Below, piece after piece: positions 17,589 through 29,712 of a DNA stretch of 64,000 bases (positions are counted from its first letter, which is position 1; every line of letters begins with the position of its first letter). The notes below the pieces were generated by a model, which searched no databases, was not told where the DNA came from, and was given only the letters and a program-made list of their open reading frames with translations. The DNA comes from Obrimoposthia wandeli (taxonomy: Eukaryota). The translations under genes were made by a program, and so were the position numbers. Location: contig CDROCS010000253.1 of NCBI GenBank assembly GCA_977020255.1, forward strand, positions 3,100,001-3,164,000, given 5' to 3'.

Positions 17589-19040
17589 TTATTTAAGATG
17601 CCTTTTAGCAACGGTTAAAATTTTCAAAGTATTTGAAGCACCAACGGTTTCCATCATATCACCATGAGTTAAAATAAGTTTATCACCTACTGCTAAATCA
17701 ATTTGACCACTGACCACTTTTAACATCTCATCAGATAAGTTGTCATTGTTTACGTGAGTTGAATCAAATTCAATCGGGTAAACACCACGGTATATTGCTG
17801 TTTTATTTAATGTTTTTGGATGGCGAGATAACGAGAATATAGGTAAACCTGAAGTAATACGTGACATTAACTTACTTGTTTGACCTGATTCGGTTAACGA
17901 TATAATCGCTTTAACACCCTCTAAATGGTTGGCAGCGTACATAGCCGATAGCGCAATTGTCTCTGACACTTCACTAAAAGTCAGTTCCATTCTGTGGTTT
18001 GAAATATTCACTGAACGATGCTGCTCAGCGCCGACACAAACATTAGCCATTGCGGTAACCGTTTCAACAGGATATTTACCTGCGGCAGTTTCTGCTGATA
18101 ACATGACCGCATCAGTACCATCTAATACGGCGTTTGCTACATCCATAACTTCAGCACGTGTTGGCATAGGCTGCTCAATCATGGTTTCCATCATCTGTGT
18201 GGCCGTGATAACAACACGATTTAATTGGCGAGAGCGAGTGATAATATGCTTTTGCTTACCAACCAATGCAGCATCACCAATTTCAACGCCTAAATCACCA
18301 CGGGCTACCATAACAACATCTGATGCTAAGATAATACCATCGAGAATTTTGTCATCATTAACTGCTTCAGCGCGTTCAATTTTAGAAACCAAACGAGCAT
18401 CACAGCCTGCTTCTTGTGCTAGTAAACGTGCTTCACGCATGTCTGCCGCATCACGAGGAAATGAAACCGCTAGAAAATCAACGTTGATTTTTGCGGCTAA
18501 TTTAATGTCTTCTTTATCTTTTGCGGTTAAGGCTGGGGCAGTTAAACCACCACCTTGGCGGTTAATACCTTTGTTATTTGATAACGGGCCACCAACAGTA
18601 ACTTCAGTGAACACCGAGTTATCAGAAGTCGATAATACTTTTAATTGTACACGTCCATCATCAAGTAATAAAATGTCACCAGTGTTAACATCTTGCACTA
18701 ATTTTTTATAATCAATGCCTACTTTTTCTTGGCAGCCTTCACCTTTTTCTAAGGTTGCATCTAATGTAAACTTATCACCAATGGCTAATTTAATCGGGCC
18801 ATCTTTAAACGTAGAAATACGGATTTTAGGGCCTTGTAAGTCTCCTAATATACCAACATAAATGCCAAGCTCTTTGGCTATTTTTCTGACATTGTTCGCT
18901 CTATCAATATGATCTTGTGGAATACCGTGAGAGAAATTGAGTCTAACCACGTTTACACCCGCAGCTAATACATTTCTTAAAATTTCAGTATCGTCTGTTG
19001 CAGGACCTAAGGTAGCAACAATTTTCGTTCTTCTAGGCAT
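17589..19040 (-). CDS. pykA: Pyruvate kinase II
   Basis: [43 protein letters not shown]. Confidence 0.95.
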   Translation of the reverse strand: MPRRTKIVATLGPATDDTEILRNVLAAGVNVVRLNFSHGIPQDHIDRANNVRKIAKELGIYVGILGDLQGPKIRISTFKDGPIKLAIGDKFTLDATLEKGEGCQEKVGIDYKKLVQDVNTGDILLLDDGRVQLKVLSTSDNSVFTEVTVGGPLSNNKGINRQGGGLTAPALTAKDKEDIKLAAKINVDFLAVSFPRDAADMREARLLAQEAGCDARLVSKIERAEAVNDDKILDGIILASDVVMVARGDLGVEIGDAALVGKQKHIITRSRQLNRVVITATQMMETMIEQPMPTRAEVMDVANAVLDGTDAVMLSAETAAGKYPVETVTAMANVCVGAEQHRSVNISNHRMELTFSEVSETIALSAMYAANHLEGVKAIISLTESGQTSKLMSRITSGLPIFSLSRHPKTLNKTAIYRGVYPIEFDSTHVNNDNLSDEMLKVVSGQIDLAVGDKLILTHGDMMETVGASNTLKILTVAKRHLK

Positions 19041-19070
19041 TTTAATTCTCTTATGTTTTTAATTACGTTA

Positions 19071-19338
19071 TATACCCGTTCCACTTGAATATGCATGATT
19101 CAGCTGGAATTATAAACGCCTTTAGGCAAGGCATTGATTGAAGAGAATGGTTGTTCCCTTCTCAAAATCAATAACGCAGCATAAAGCGTTTCTAAACCAG
19201 CCCCTTGGGGGGAAGGCTGAGCAAATCATACTCTGCGTTACCTTTCTTTTTAAGGGATGACCCTTAATAAAAAAATGCGCCTTGATTATGAATCGCTCAG
19301 ACTTTCTGAAACGAGCATCTTCAAGTGGAGCGGGTATA
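19071..19338 (+). mobile_element. ERIC-like MITE copy B (268 bp, no insert)
   Basis: Same TIRs and body as copy A. Confidence 0.9.
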
Positions 19339-19359
19339 AATAGGTTTAGCGATTAATAA

Positions 19360-20208
19360 TTAGTCTTTTCTCTCGAAGCGTGAACTCCTTAAACTATCTT
19401 TTACTTTTTTCAGGTTGTCTCTAAATTTACTACCGCGACGTAAAGTAAAGCCAGTGGCTAAAACATCAATTAAGGCTAATTGCGCAATGCGTGATGACAT
19501 TGGCATATAAAGGTCAGTATCTTCACTGACATCAACCGAAAGTACTATGCTGCATTCTTTGGCAAGGGGCGTCCCCGTGGTAGTAATACCTATTACTGTG
19601 GCATCGTTTTCTTTGGCTAAACTAGCCACTTCAACAAGTGACTTAGTACGTCCAGTGTGCGAAATAACAACAACAACATCACCTTGGCGACTATTTATAG
19701 CACTCATACGTTGCATTAATATGTCATCAAAATAAACAACAGGCACATTGAAGCGAAAAAACTTATTTTGTGCATCATGAGCTACAATGGCTGAAGCACC
19801 TAAACCAAAAAATGAGATTTTATTGGCTTGGGTTAAAACATCGACAGAGCGATTGATATCATTTGAATCTAAACTTTTACGTGCTAATTCAAGACTCGCC
19901 ATGGTCGATTCAAATATCTTGGAAGTATATTCATCTGCAGTATCATTCTCATCTACATGGCGATTAACATAAGGCGTACCATTGGCTAAGCTTTGGGCTA
20001 AATGTAATTTAAAGTCAGGGTAACCCTTTGTGTCTAAGCGACGGCAAAAACGGTTAACTGTTGGCTCACTGATATTGGCTTGCTTGGCAAGTGCCGCAAT
20101 ACTTGAGTGAATAACGGTATTGGGTGATGCTAAAATAACTTCTGCCACTTTGCGCTCGGATTTACTGAGCATATCTAGTTCGTTAGTGATCTTTTCTAAA
20201 ATATTCAT
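19360..20208 (-). CDS. hexR: RpiR-family regulator HexR
   Basis: RpiR HTH (SEPTVNRFCRRL) plus SIS domain; divergent from zwf. Confidence 0.93.
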   Translation of the reverse strand: MNILEKITNELDMLSKSERKVAEVILASPNTVIHSSIAALAKQANISEPTVNRFCRRLDTKGYPDFKLHLAQSLANGTPYVNRHVDENDTADEYTSKIFESTMASLELARKSLDSNDINRSVDVLTQANKISFFGLGASAIVAHDAQNKFFRFNVPVVYFDDILMQRMSAINSRQGDVVVVISHTGRTKSLVEVASLAKENDATVIGITTTGTPLAKECSIVLSVDVSEDTDLYMPMSSRIAQLALIDVLATGFTLRRGSKFRDNLKKVKDSLRSSRFERKD

Positions 20209-20509
20209 TATGGTCTGATCCTAGATCTTATTTATCTATAGTTTGAAATAGAGTTTTAAACGATATTTCAATGATAACCTGCGTCAAATAGTAGGCTACT
20301 TTGTCTATACTGTAATTTATTTTCTGCTTAAGGAACAGAAAAAATGAAATTTTATTTCATAATCTAGTGTTGAAATAAGGAAAAATCATCAAAACTGGTC
20401 AATGTTTACTATTTAAACAACACTTGCTCAGTATAGCCCTCGCTAGTTTGCCGTTAATTACCTATATAATCTTCTCTGAAGTGTATTAACAGAATATAAA
20501 GTCACCTTA

Positions 20510-20524
20510 TGTAATAAAATTACA
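20510..20524. promoter_or_regulatory. HexR operator
   Basis: TGTAATAAAATTACA fits the tGTAAT-www-ATTACa palindrome. Confidence 0.85.
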
Positions 20525-20570
20525 AAAAGTTCTTTACTGTCGCTTAAACAAGCGCTAAATTAAGGTTATA

Positions 20571-20585
20571 TGTAGTTTAGTTACA
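20571..20585. promoter_or_regulatory. Second, degenerate HexR operator
   Basis: TGTAGTTTAGTTACA. Confidence 0.65.
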
Positions 20586-20675
20586 AGTATTTTTTACTGT
20601 TAGCTTATTTGTTTTGATGAATGAGTAAAGGTATGAGTAAAATTAAGCAATAAAATTTTATATAAGAGAAATTCT

Positions 20676-22145
20676 ATGAGTAATTTAGATTGTCAATCAG
20701 CGAGTGAAATCGTTATTTTTGGGGCTTTGGGTGATTTATCTCGCCGCAAACTACTCCCTGCATTATATCAACTAGAAGTGTGCGGTTTAATCAATAAAGA
20801 GAGTCGTATTGTTGGTGCGGGAAGACCAGAGCATAGTCTTGAAGAATTTAAAAATATTGTTTTAGAAAACTTAACTCACTTTGTTAAAGAGACCATAGAT
20901 GAAGAGGTGCTGGCACGTTTTATCAATCGATTGGTTTATCAGGCGTTAGACTTTAAAGAATATAGTTCATTTAAAAACTTAGCTGATGCACTAGCTAATG
21001 GCAACGATACCCGTGTTTATTACTTTTCAACACCTCCTGCTATATATGGTGATATTTGTAAGGGCTTAGATCATGCCAACTTAATTACCGATGCTGATCG
21101 TGTTGTGATGGAGAAACCTATTGGTCACTCACTTGAATCTTCTATTGAAATCAACAATCAAGTATCTGAATACTTCAAAGAAAACCAAACTTACCGCATA
21201 GATCACTATTTAGGTAAAGAAACAGTATTAAACCTATTGGTATTACGTTTTGCTAATTCGCTGTTTACCAATAACTGGGATCGCAATAGTATCGATCATG
21301 TACAAATTACGGTAGCAGAAAGTGTTGGTATTGAAGGGCGTTGGGGCTTTTATGACGAAGCAGGGCAACTGCGCGATATGGTGCAAAATCACCTATTGCA
21401 AATATTATCTCTTTTGGCGATGGAGCCACCCGCTGATTTAAGCGCTGAGAGTGTTCGTGCAGAAAAGCTTAAAGTCGTTAAAGCATTAAAAGCAATTAAC
21501 CGAGAAAATATTAAAGATAAAGTCGTGCGCGGACAATATAGCGACGGTTTCTTAAATGGTGTTTCAGTACCTGGATATTTAAATGAAGAAGATGCTAACG
21601 CTAATAGTAAAACAGAAACCTTTGTTGCGATAAAAGCAGAAATAGACAACTGGCGTTGGAAAGGTGTGCCATTTTACCTTCGTACTGGCAAGCGTATGCC
21701 GAAGAAGCACAGTGAAATAGTGGTACATTTTAAACAACAGCCTCATAATATTTTTAAAGACAGCTACAGTGATTTACCAGCCAATAAATTAACTATTCGT
21801 TTGCAACCTGATGAAGGGGTTGAATTACAAATGATGAATAAAATTCCAGGTATTGCTTCACAAATGCGTATTCAAGAAAACAAGTTAGATTTAAGTTTTT
21901 CTGATACTTATAACGACGAGCGTGTTGTTGATGCTTATGAACGCTTAATGTTAGAAGTATTAAATGGTAATCAATCATTATTTGTTAGTCGTGATGAAGT
22001 GGAAGCGGCTTGGATTTGGGCTGATAGCATCATTGAAGCGTGGCAGACAACGAATGAAGCACCTAAACCCTATGCAGCAGGGTCTTGGGGACCCGTATCT
22101 TCTATATCTCTAATTGCGCGTGATGATCGCCAGTGGGTAGAATAA
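20676..22145 (+). CDS. zwf: Glucose-6-phosphate 1-dehydrogenase
   Basis: GALGDLSRRKL, EKPIG, RIDHYLGKE, DMVQNH. Confidence 0.97.
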   Translation: MSNLDCQSASEIVIFGALGDLSRRKLLPALYQLEVCGLINKESRIVGAGRPEHSLEEFKNIVLENLTHFVKETIDEEVLARFINRLVYQALDFKEYSSFKNLADALANGNDTRVYYFSTPPAIYGDICKGLDHANLITDADRVVMEKPIGHSLESSIEINNQVSEYFKENQTYRIDHYLGKETVLNLLVLRFANSLFTNNWDRNSIDHVQITVAESVGIEGRWGFYDEAGQLRDMVQNHLLQILSLLAMEPPADLSAESVRAEKLKVVKALKAINRENIKDKVVRGQYSDGFLNGVSVPGYLNEEDANANSKTETFVAIKAEIDNWRWKGVPFYLRTGKRMPKKHSEIVVHFKQQPHNIFKDSYSDLPANKLTIRLQPDEGVELQMMNKIPGIASQMRIQENKLDLSFSDTYNDERVVDAYERLMLEVLNGNQSLFVSRDEVEAAWIWADSIIEAWQTTNEAPKPYAAGSWGPVSSISLIARDDRQWVE

Positions 22146-22147
22146 TT

Positions 22148-22843
22148 ATGTATAACTTAACAGAATTTACAGCACGTAACGATTTAGATAATGAATTAGC
22201 AAAAACCGTCAGTGATATTTTAGCTAACGCGATTAAAAATACGGGTAAAGCAAGTATTGCCGTATCAGGTGGTTCTACGCCGAAAGGTTTCTTTAGTGTG
22301 CTATCGCAAAGTGATATTGATTGGTCAAAAGTGACCATTACTTTAGCAGATGAACGCTGGGTTCCAATCGATAGCGATGCCAGTAATACCCGCCTAGTAC
22401 ATGAAAAATTACTACAAAAAAAGGCAGCAAAGGCTAAGTTTTTTCATCTTAAACAAGGTGATGAGTTAACCGATGAAGCCCTTGCTGACTTAAACGTGGC
22501 AGCAAGTAAAACATTATTACCCTTAGATGTATTGATTTTAGGCATGGGCGAAGACGGTCACACGGCTTCATTATTCCCCTGTAGCAACGAAATCAATGCT
22601 GGTCTTGATGAAACTAATACTGCAATACTACTGAAAGTTCAACCTAAAACAGCAGCGCATCAGCGCATCAGTTTTACTTTTGCTAGCTTAATCACCAGCA
22701 AAAATGTTTTCCTTCACTCATGCGGAGCAGGAAAGAAGACGGTATTAGCACAAGCGTTAAATGGCGATGACCCTTTTGAAATGCCGATCAGAGCATTTTT
22801 ACAACACCCTAGTGTAAACACTAAAATTTTTTGGGCACCATAA
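22148..22843 (+). CDS. pgl: 6-phosphogluconolactonase
   Basis: SGGSTP, ADERWV, LGMGEDGHTASLFP. Confidence 0.95.
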   Translation: MYNLTEFTARNDLDNELAKTVSDILANAIKNTGKASIAVSGGSTPKGFFSVLSQSDIDWSKVTITLADERWVPIDSDASNTRLVHEKLLQKKAAKAKFFHLKQGDELTDEALADLNVAASKTLLPLDVLILGMGEDGHTASLFPCSNEINAGLDETNTAILLKVQPKTAAHQRISFTFASLITSKNVFLHSCGAGKKTVLAQALNGDDPFEMPIRAFLQHPSVNTKIFWAP

Positions 22844-22906
22844 CTCACTTGGCAAATAAGTTTAAGTTTTAGATGAAAATTAAAAGTATATAAGTTGAGA
22901 TAACAA

Positions 22907-24721
22907 ATGAAACAGCAAATAGTAGATATTACCGACAGAATTATAAAACGTAGTGCTAAAACTCGTGCTGAATATTTAGCCAAGATTGATGCCGCAAAAT
23001 CTGACACAGTACATCGTGCCGGTTTATCCTGTGGTAACTTAGCACATGGCTTTGCTGCTTGCGGCAAAGAAGATAAAGCATCGTTACGCGGCATACAACA
23101 CTCAGATATCGCTATTGTTACCTCTTACAACGATATGCTTAGTGCGCATCAACCGTATCAAACGTATCCTGACATTATCAAAGCAGCAGTGAAAGACGCA
23201 GGTGGTGTGGCACAAGTTGCTGCCGGTGTTCCTGCCATGTGTGATGGTGTTACACAAGGGCAACCCGGTATGGATTTAAGCCTGATGAGCCGTGATGTTA
23301 TTGCCATGGCTACGGCTATTGGTTTATCTCATAACATGTTTGATGGCGCATTAATGTTAGGCATATGTGATAAAATCGTTCCGGGTTTATTGATTGCTAG
23401 TATGACATTTGGACACTTACCAACAGTATTTATTCCAGCAGGCCCAATGCCTTCAGGTCTGCCAAATAAAGAAAAAGCACGTGTGCGTCAGCAACATGCT
23501 AAAGGTGAAGTAGACGAAGAAGCCTTGCTTGAGGCAGAATCTGCATCATATCACTCTGCCGGTACTTGTACTTTCTTTGGCACAGCAAATTCCAACCAGT
23601 TAGTGGTTGAAGTGATGGGCTTACATTTACCAGGAGCTTCTTTTATTGCCCCTAATACACAACTGCGAGAAGAACTAACTAAAGCAGCAGCTAGACAGGC
23701 AACACGTCTAACGCAACAATCGGGCAATTATATGCCGATTGGTAAAATGGTTGATGAACGTTCGGTTGTTAATGCGATTGTAGCGTTACTTGCAACGGGT
23801 GGTTCAACTAACCTAACCATGCATATTATTGCTTTTGCCAAAGCGGCAGGTATTATTATTAACTTCCAAGACTTTAATGACCTTTCTGAAGCTGTTCCAC
23901 TCTTAACACGCATATATCCTAATGGTCACGCAGATATAAACCAATTCCAAGAAGCTGGCGGTATGGCGTTATTATTCCGTGAACTTATTGAAGGTGGACT
24001 AGTGTACGAAGATGTTGAAACCATCTGTGGTCGCGGCTTGTCTCGTTATACCAAGAAACCTGTTTTAGACAATGGTGAACTTAAGTGGGTTGATTGTGTT
24101 GAAAAATCACTTGATGACGAAATTATTGCAACGGTTGCTAAACCATTCAGCGATCATGGTGGTTTACGTGTGATGAAAGGTAATTTGGGTGTTGCTGTTA
24201 TTAAAACGTCATCACTTCGAGCAGGCAGCTTGGTCATTAAAGCACCCGCGGTTGTTTTTGAAGACCAACATGAATTACAGACTGCATTTGACGCAGGTGA
24301 ACTAGAAAAAGATTTTGTTGCCGTAGTTCGATTCCAGGGGCCTAAAGCGCGTGGTATGCCTGAATTACATAAATTAACGCCATTGCTAGGTGTACTGCAA
24401 GACAAAGGTTTTAAAGTAGCATTAGTTACTGACGGACGTATGTCTGGTGCTTCAGGTAAGGTACCAGCGGCAATTCACTTATGCCCGGAAGCACTTGATG
24501 GGGGGTTAATTGCCAAAGTTAACAGTGGCGACATGATCAACGTAGATGGCGAAACGGGTGAACTTACCTTATTAGTTGATGAAAAAGAATTAGCTGCTCG
24601 TGACATCGCACAATTCCAAGTAAATGGTCATCATGAAGGCATGGGTCGTGAGTTATTTGGCTTTATGCGCCGTAATTTGAGTTCAGCTGAAACAGGTGCA
24701 TGTTCGTTATTCGATTCATGA
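22907..24721 (+). CDS. edd: Phosphogluconate dehydratase
   Basis: [36 protein letters not shown]. Confidence 0.96.
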   Translation: MKQQIVDITDRIIKRSAKTRAEYLAKIDAAKSDTVHRAGLSCGNLAHGFAACGKEDKASLRGIQHSDIAIVTSYNDMLSAHQPYQTYPDIIKAAVKDAGGVAQVAAGVPAMCDGVTQGQPGMDLSLMSRDVIAMATAIGLSHNMFDGALMLGICDKIVPGLLIASMTFGHLPTVFIPAGPMPSGLPNKEKARVRQQHAKGEVDEEALLEAESASYHSAGTCTFFGTANSNQLVVEVMGLHLPGASFIAPNTQLREELTKAAARQATRLTQQSGNYMPIGKMVDERSVVNAIVALLATGGSTNLTMHIIAFAKAAGIIINFQDFNDLSEAVPLLTRIYPNGHADINQFQEAGGMALLFRELIEGGLVYEDVETICGRGLSRYTKKPVLDNGELKWVDCVEKSLDDEIIATVAKPFSDHGGLRVMKGNLGVAVIKTSSLRAGSLVIKAPAVVFEDQHELQTAFDAGELEKDFVAVVRFQGPKARGMPELHKLTPLLGVLQDKGFKVALVTDGRMSGASGKVPAAIHLCPEALDGGLIAKVNSGDMINVDGETGELTLLVDEKELAARDIAQFQVNGHHEGMGRELFGFMRRNLSSAETGACSLFDS

Positions 24722-24763
24722 TCACTAGTAACTAGTAAAAAATAACAAGTAACAAATAACGAT

Positions 24764-24787
24764 TAAGGAGTCATATATGACTCCTTA
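24764..24787. other. 24-bp perfect palindrome between edd and eda
   Basis: TAAGGAGTCATATATGACTCCTTA; possible stabilizing or attenuating hairpin. Confidence 0.6.
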
Positions 24788-24858
24788 TTATTAATAGATA
24801 GAATTCAGCGTCTATTTAACCCTTGGGTTAAGTGCCGTCAAGAAAATAAAGAGGATTT

Positions 24859-25506
24859 ATGACAGTATCAAAAAATTGGCAAATCATGCCAAAGGACCTT
24901 TTCAACATGGGACCTATTGTTCCTGTATTAGTAATTAACAACGTTGAAGAAGCGTTACCCATTGCAGAAGCGCTATTAACTGCGGGTGTTAAAGTATTAG
25001 AAGTAACTTTACGCACAGCGGCAGCACTTGATGTTATCAGTGCCATCGCAAAAGAGTTGCCAGAAGCAATTGTAGGCTCAGGCACCGTTACTAACCGTCA
25101 GCAGTTACAACAGTCTTATGATGCAGGTGCTAAATTCGCTATTAGTCCAGGTTTAACAAAAGATTTATTACAAGCAGGTAATGAAAGCAATATCGCGTTA
25201 ATTCCAGGTATATCTTCTATTTCAGAGCTTATGGATGGTGCCGATTATGGTTACGATCATTTGAAATTCTTTCCAGCTGAAGCATCAGGTGGCGTTAATG
25301 CCATTAAATCAATTGGTGGACCTTTCCCGGACATACTTTTTTGTCCTACAGGAGGTATAAACCTAGGTAACGTTCGTGATTACTTAGCTTTACCTAATGT
25401 TGTTTGCTGTGGTGGCTCATGGTTAGTATCAAGTGAGATTGTTAATAATAAGAATTGGTCTGAAATTACGAAATTAGCCAAGCAAGCGTTAGCCCATGTA
25501 AAATAG
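24859..25506 (+). CDS. eda: KDPG aldolase
   Basis: LEVTLRT, GSGTV, ISPG, KFFPAE, PTGGI. Confidence 0.96.
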   Translation: MTVSKNWQIMPKDLFNMGPIVPVLVINNVEEALPIAEALLTAGVKVLEVTLRTAAALDVISAIAKELPEAIVGSGTVTNRQQLQQSYDAGAKFAISPGLTKDLLQAGNESNIALIPGISSISELMDGADYGYDHLKFFPAEASGGVNAIKSIGGPFPDILFCPTGGINLGNVRDYLALPNVVCCGGSWLVSSEIVNNKNWSEITKLAKQALAHVK

Positions 25507-25549
25507 AGTTCACGATAGTTTAACGATTTACCCGTAACCAAAAAAAAAT

Positions 25550-25584
25550 AAAAAGCCAGTCATTATTTTAATGACTGGCTTTTT
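25550..25584 (+). terminator. eda terminator
   Basis: AAAAAGCCAGTCATTA / TAATGACTGGCTTTTT. Confidence 0.8.
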
Positions 25585-25927
25585 ATTTGACAACTTAAGG
25601 ACTAGCTATAAGGATAGTCGACATGCTTTTATTATTTTTTGTGCCTTTGTTAAATGTTTAGTCATTGATAAAGGCTCATTTTTATCTTCTTTACTTCTAC
25701 TCTTTCAAATTCATCAATGCAATTAACAGGAACCTAATGAGTATAATCATTATTACTTTCTTATAAATCGATTAGTCTACTATTAAGTGACGATAACGAC
25801 CTATCTAATTTATCAATAATGGCTTACCTACTACTCTGTAATTTAACATTAACCGAAGACAACAGTAAGTCATTAAATAACGTAAACTCAAATAACAACT
25901 GTTATTAAAACAGGTAAAAATTAGACA

Positions 25928-25963
25928 AAAAAAAGCCAGTTATAATGTTTATAACTGGCTTTT
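25928..25963 (-). terminator. rne terminator
   Basis: AAAAGCCAGTTATAA / TTATAACTGGCTTTT. Confidence 0.8.
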
Positions 25964-25984
25964 AAGTTTACAGTACGCGTTTTT

Positions 25985-28900
25985 CTATGGCTTAGTTGCC
26001 ATCGCGTTACTACGGTTTACTACATCAGCAATAATAGCAGTCCTACCTGAGGACTGATGAACTAGTCGTTCACTATCTGCCATAAAGATTGTTGGAATAT
26101 CTTTAATGGTTGTGATTGTTTCCGTTTTTGTCATAGGTGCCGTTGCATGACCAGAAAGACGATTTGCTTTCTTAACTTGTCTTGCTAGCTTTTTATCTTT
26201 AGGCACTGCTTTCTTAGCCGCAGGAACAGTTTTCTTAACTGGTTTAACTGGTTTAACTGGTTTAACAGGAGCGACAACTTTATCTTCTTCAGTTGCGATA
26301 TCAGTAGCTGTAGTCTCAACGTCAATAGTCACTGGAGTAACCACATTTACTGTTGCTTGTTCTTCAACAACTACCGCTTCAACTTTAGCGACAACTTCAT
26401 CTGCTTTCACTTCAGGAGTTTTTTCTGCTGTTATAACAATGTTTTCTTTTTGTTCTAACGGTAACTCTTGCTGAACTTCAGTTACAGGTTCAGGAGTAAT
26501 TACAGAGGAAACTTCTTCAGCTTTAGTCGTATCAAGTTCTTTGACGTTATCTAACGGTACATCAACTACTGTTTCAGCAGGTGCAGTTGCCACTTTTTCA
26601 ATGACGACATCTGTCGCAACTTCTTCAGTTGGAGTAGGTGTTGCTTTTTGTTGCTCAGTAACTTCTGTAGTAACAGACGATGCAGTTGCAGGATAACGCG
26701 CCTCTACTGATTCATCGGTAGTTACCGTTTCAGCAGTTAATGCTTGGTCTTGTTGTGTCGCTTCAGTACCATTTTCAGCAGTATTATTACGACGACGACG
26801 TTGACCATTTGCTCTTAGGTGTCTTGGAGAACGTCTATTACGTGGTTTATCATCGTTATGCGCTACAGCCTCGACAACAGGAGTATTAACCTGTTCATTA
26901 TCAGTAGTAGTGACATCAGTAGTGCTCACTGCTGCTAATTTCTCAGTAGTATCGATAACTTTATCTGTTGATGTTACACGTATTTTTTTACGATTCGTTC
27001 TACGTTGACGACGCTCAGTGTTTTTTTCTTCTTTAACAACTTTTTCTTTATCTAACGTTTCAGTTTTACGAGGTTGTCTTTTAGGTTTATTTAGTTCTTC
27101 ATCACGGCTAGGACGGATATCTCTTGATTCATTTTCTTTATGAGTAGAGCGGTTGGTAGTCTCTTCGCCATTACGATCGTTACGGTTACGATTATTACCA
27201 CGATTGTTGCGACGCTTAGCTTGTTGATTTCCGCGTCTTTCTTGTGGTTGTTTAGGTTGTTCGTTAGTGCTTGTCTCTTGAATTTTTTCTTCAACAACCA
27301 CTTCTTCTGCAACAAAAAGACTCTTTAACCAAGCAAAGAATCCACTAGGTTTAGTTTGCTTTGCTACCGGAGTTTTTTCAGCTTTTACTGCAAGTTCATC
27401 AGGCTTAGGAGCACGTGTTGGCGAAGTCATTCCTTGAATCAAAGGTTCATCACGCTTAGCAGCTGCCTTATCAAACTTAGGCATTTTAGCCTCTTCAATT
27501 TCAGCTTGTTTTACTGGTAATTCATAACTTGCTTCTACGACAGTTTCATCATTCTTAACTCGCAGAACTTCGTATTGCGGAGTATCCATATGTGGATTAG
27601 GAATGATTAACACTCTTACATTATGATGTTTTTCAACATGCATAACTGAGCGACGTTTTTCGTTTAATAAGTAGGTTGCAACCGGTACAGGAACTTGCGC
27701 TTGTACATGTAACGTATTGTCCTTTATGGCTTCTTCTTCCATTAAGCGTAATATAGATAGCGCTAAAGACTCAACGCCACGTACATGACCAGTGCCACTA
27801 CAACGTGGACATACACCTTGGCTTGTTTCACCAATAGAAGGACGTAAACGTTGGCGAGACATCTCTAATAAACCAAAACGAGAGATTTTACCTAGTTGAA
27901 TACGTGCTCTATCCTGGTGAACTGAATCACGCATTCTGTTTTCTACTTCACGTTGATGACGAACAGGTGTCATATCGATAAAATCGATGACAACTAAGCC
28001 ACCTAAATCACGTAAACGTAGTTGACGAGCAATCTCTTCAGCAGCTTCTAAATTGGTATTAAAAGCCGTTTCTTCAATATCACTACCTTTAGTTGCACGC
28101 GCCGAGTTAATATCAATAGAAGTCATTGCTTCAGTAGGGTCAATAACTATTGAACCGCCAGAAGGTAAACGTACTTCACGTTGAAAGGCAGTTTCTATCT
28201 GAGTTTCAATTTGGTAATGCGTGAATAAAGGTACATCACTGGTATAAAGTTTGATCTTATTTAAGAAGTCAGGACGAACAACTTCAATGTGTTTTTTAAC
28301 ACTTTCAAACGTTTTAGGGCGATCAATTAATACCTCGCCAATATCACGACGTAAATAGTCACGAATGGCACGTAAAATTAGGTTTGTTTCTTGATGAATT
28401 AAGAATGGAGCAGGGCGACTTTTTCCTGCATCACTGATTGCTTGCCAGTGATGTAAAAGAACACTGAGATCCCATTTTAATTCTTCGTAATCTTTGCCAA
28501 CACCAGCGGTTCTAACAATTAAACCCATGCCTTTAGGTAAATCTAGCTTACTTAATGATGTTTTTAATTCAGTGCGTTCATCACCTTCAATGCGGCGAGA
28601 AATACCACCAGCACGTGGGTTATTAGGCATTAATACTAAATAACTACCAGCAAGGCTAATAAAAGTAGTAAGAGCAGCACCTTTTTGGCCACGTTCTTCT
28701 TTATCTATCTGAACGATAACCTCTTGGCCTTCATGTAATACTTCCTTAATGTTAGGGCGGCCTTGAAAAGTATAGCCTTTAGGAAAGTATTCACGAGCGA
28801 TTTCTTTCATTGGTAAGAAACCATGGCGATCGGCACCGTAATCAACAAAAGCGGCTTCTAAAGAAGGCTCGATACGGGTGATTTTTGCTTTATAAATATT

Positions 28901-29017
28901 AGATTTTTTTTGTTCATGACCAGGGCTTTCAATATCTAAATCGTAAAGTTTTTGGCCATCTACTAGTGCTACGCGCAATTCTTCTGATTGGGTAGCGTTA
29001 ATTAACATACGTTTCAT
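25985..29017 (-). CDS. rne: Ribonuclease E
   Basis: [17 protein letters not shown]1 domain, [12 protein letters not shown] Zn-link, amphipathic FFAWLKSLF, Arg-rich C-terminal half. Confidence 0.98.
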   Translation of the reverse strand: MKRMLINATQSEELRVALVDGQKLYDLDIESPGHEQKKSNIYKAKITRIEPSLEAAFVDYGADRHGFLPMKEIAREYFPKGYTFQGRPNIKEVLHEGQEVIVQIDKEERGQKGAALTTFISLAGSYLVLMPNNPRAGGISRRIEGDERTELKTSLSKLDLPKGMGLIVRTAGVGKDYEELKWDLSVLLHHWQAISDAGKSRPAPFLIHQETNLILRAIRDYLRRDIGEVLIDRPKTFESVKKHIEVVRPDFLNKIKLYTSDVPLFTHYQIETQIETAFQREVRLPSGGSIVIDPTEAMTSIDINSARATKGSDIEETAFNTNLEAAEEIARQLRLRDLGGLVVIDFIDMTPVRHQREVENRMRDSVHQDRARIQLGKISRFGLLEMSRQRLRPSIGETSQGVCPRCSGTGHVRGVESLALSILRLMEEEAIKDNTLHVQAQVPVPVATYLLNEKRRSVMHVEKHHNVRVLIIPNPHMDTPQYEVLRVKNDETVVEASYELPVKQAEIEEAKMPKFDKAAAKRDEPLIQGMTSPTRAPKPDELAVKAEKTPVAKQTKPSGFFAWLKSLFVAEEVVVEEKIQETSTNEQPKQPQERRGNQQAKRRNNRGNNRNRNDRNGEETTNRSTHKENESRDIRPSRDEELNKPKRQPRKTETLDKEKVVKEEKNTERRQRRTNRKKIRVTSTDKVIDTTEKLAAVSTTDVTTTDNEQVNTPVVEAVAHNDDKPRNRRSPRHLRANGQRRRRNNTAENGTEATQQDQALTAETVTTDESVEARYPATASSVTTEVTEQQKATPTPTEEVATDVVIEKVATAPAETVVDVPLDNVKELDTTKAEEVSSVITPEPVTEVQQELPLEQKENIVITAEKTPEVKADEVVAKVEAVVVEEQATVNVVTPVTIDVETTATDIATEEDKVVAPVKPVKPVKPVKKTVPAAKKAVPKDKKLARQVKKANRLSGHATAPMTKTETITTIKDIPTIFMADSERLVHQSSGRTAIIADVVNRSNAMATKP
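26234..26269 (-). repeat. 9-bp in-frame tandem repeat (PVK) in the RNase E tail
   Basis: (TTTAACTGG)n encoding PVKPVKPVK. Confidence 0.7.
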
Positions 29018-29400
29018 AGTTTGTCGGACTCATTTTTAGTCACAACACACCATTTGCTTAAGACACAAAGCAATCTTTTTTTCTGGTAACAGCATATTGT
29101 CAACCTCACGGCTGTCACGGTTAACCTGTCATAAAACCAAGCTAAGCTGTTATAAATTCGGATTGTTTTTTATATCATCGCCCTTTATTTAAGTGGCAAT
29201 GCTAATTTATTTCTTTATGTGCTCAGCTTGTGTGCTGTGCAAAATACCAGTGCATTCTCGCTCCGGTATTATTTTTTATAATAATTGCTTTATGGTGCTG
29301 GGCTAATAACAAATCAAAATCAAAATGTTAAAACTGTTTATGATTTTTTGACAATCTACAACGGGTAATACATCAAAAGTGATGAGTTACTGTGTCAATT
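29018..29400 (-). promoter_or_regulatory. Long rne 5' leader (autoregulatory UTR)
   Basis: Contains AGCCGTGAGGTTGAC (29099-29113, minus strand), resembling the CCGUGAGGUUG segment of the E. coli rne leader as I recall it; extent approximate. Confidence 0.5.
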
Positions 29401-29712
29401 AATACAATAGGCCGTTCTATTAGTATGTCTTTTTTCTATTTTGTTAACGCTAAATAGGTGCAGTTAATAAAATAGAAGTTCGCATAAAAATGTGGCCGCA
29501 GTTTGCCTCTTACGTCTCTCTTTAAAGCTTCTAGGGTTAAAAGTGTTACGTTGATTAGCCTTGTGTGAATCTTTAATATGGCTGCTTAATACGCCGTTAG
29601 CGTTAAATATCAACTAATAACCCTCATATTATCCCACTATCTTTGTTGTTTAGCCAACAATAAAGGGAGTTAATTGCATTATTCGCTAAATAAAGTGTGT
29701 TAAACTGTAGCT

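Noticed and set aside
17929-18711. 260-aa plus-strand ORF and other long antisense ORFs (e.g. 35815-36258, 52313-52954, 61616-62068)
   Set aside because: Shadow frames of well-conserved genes with no recognisable motifs.
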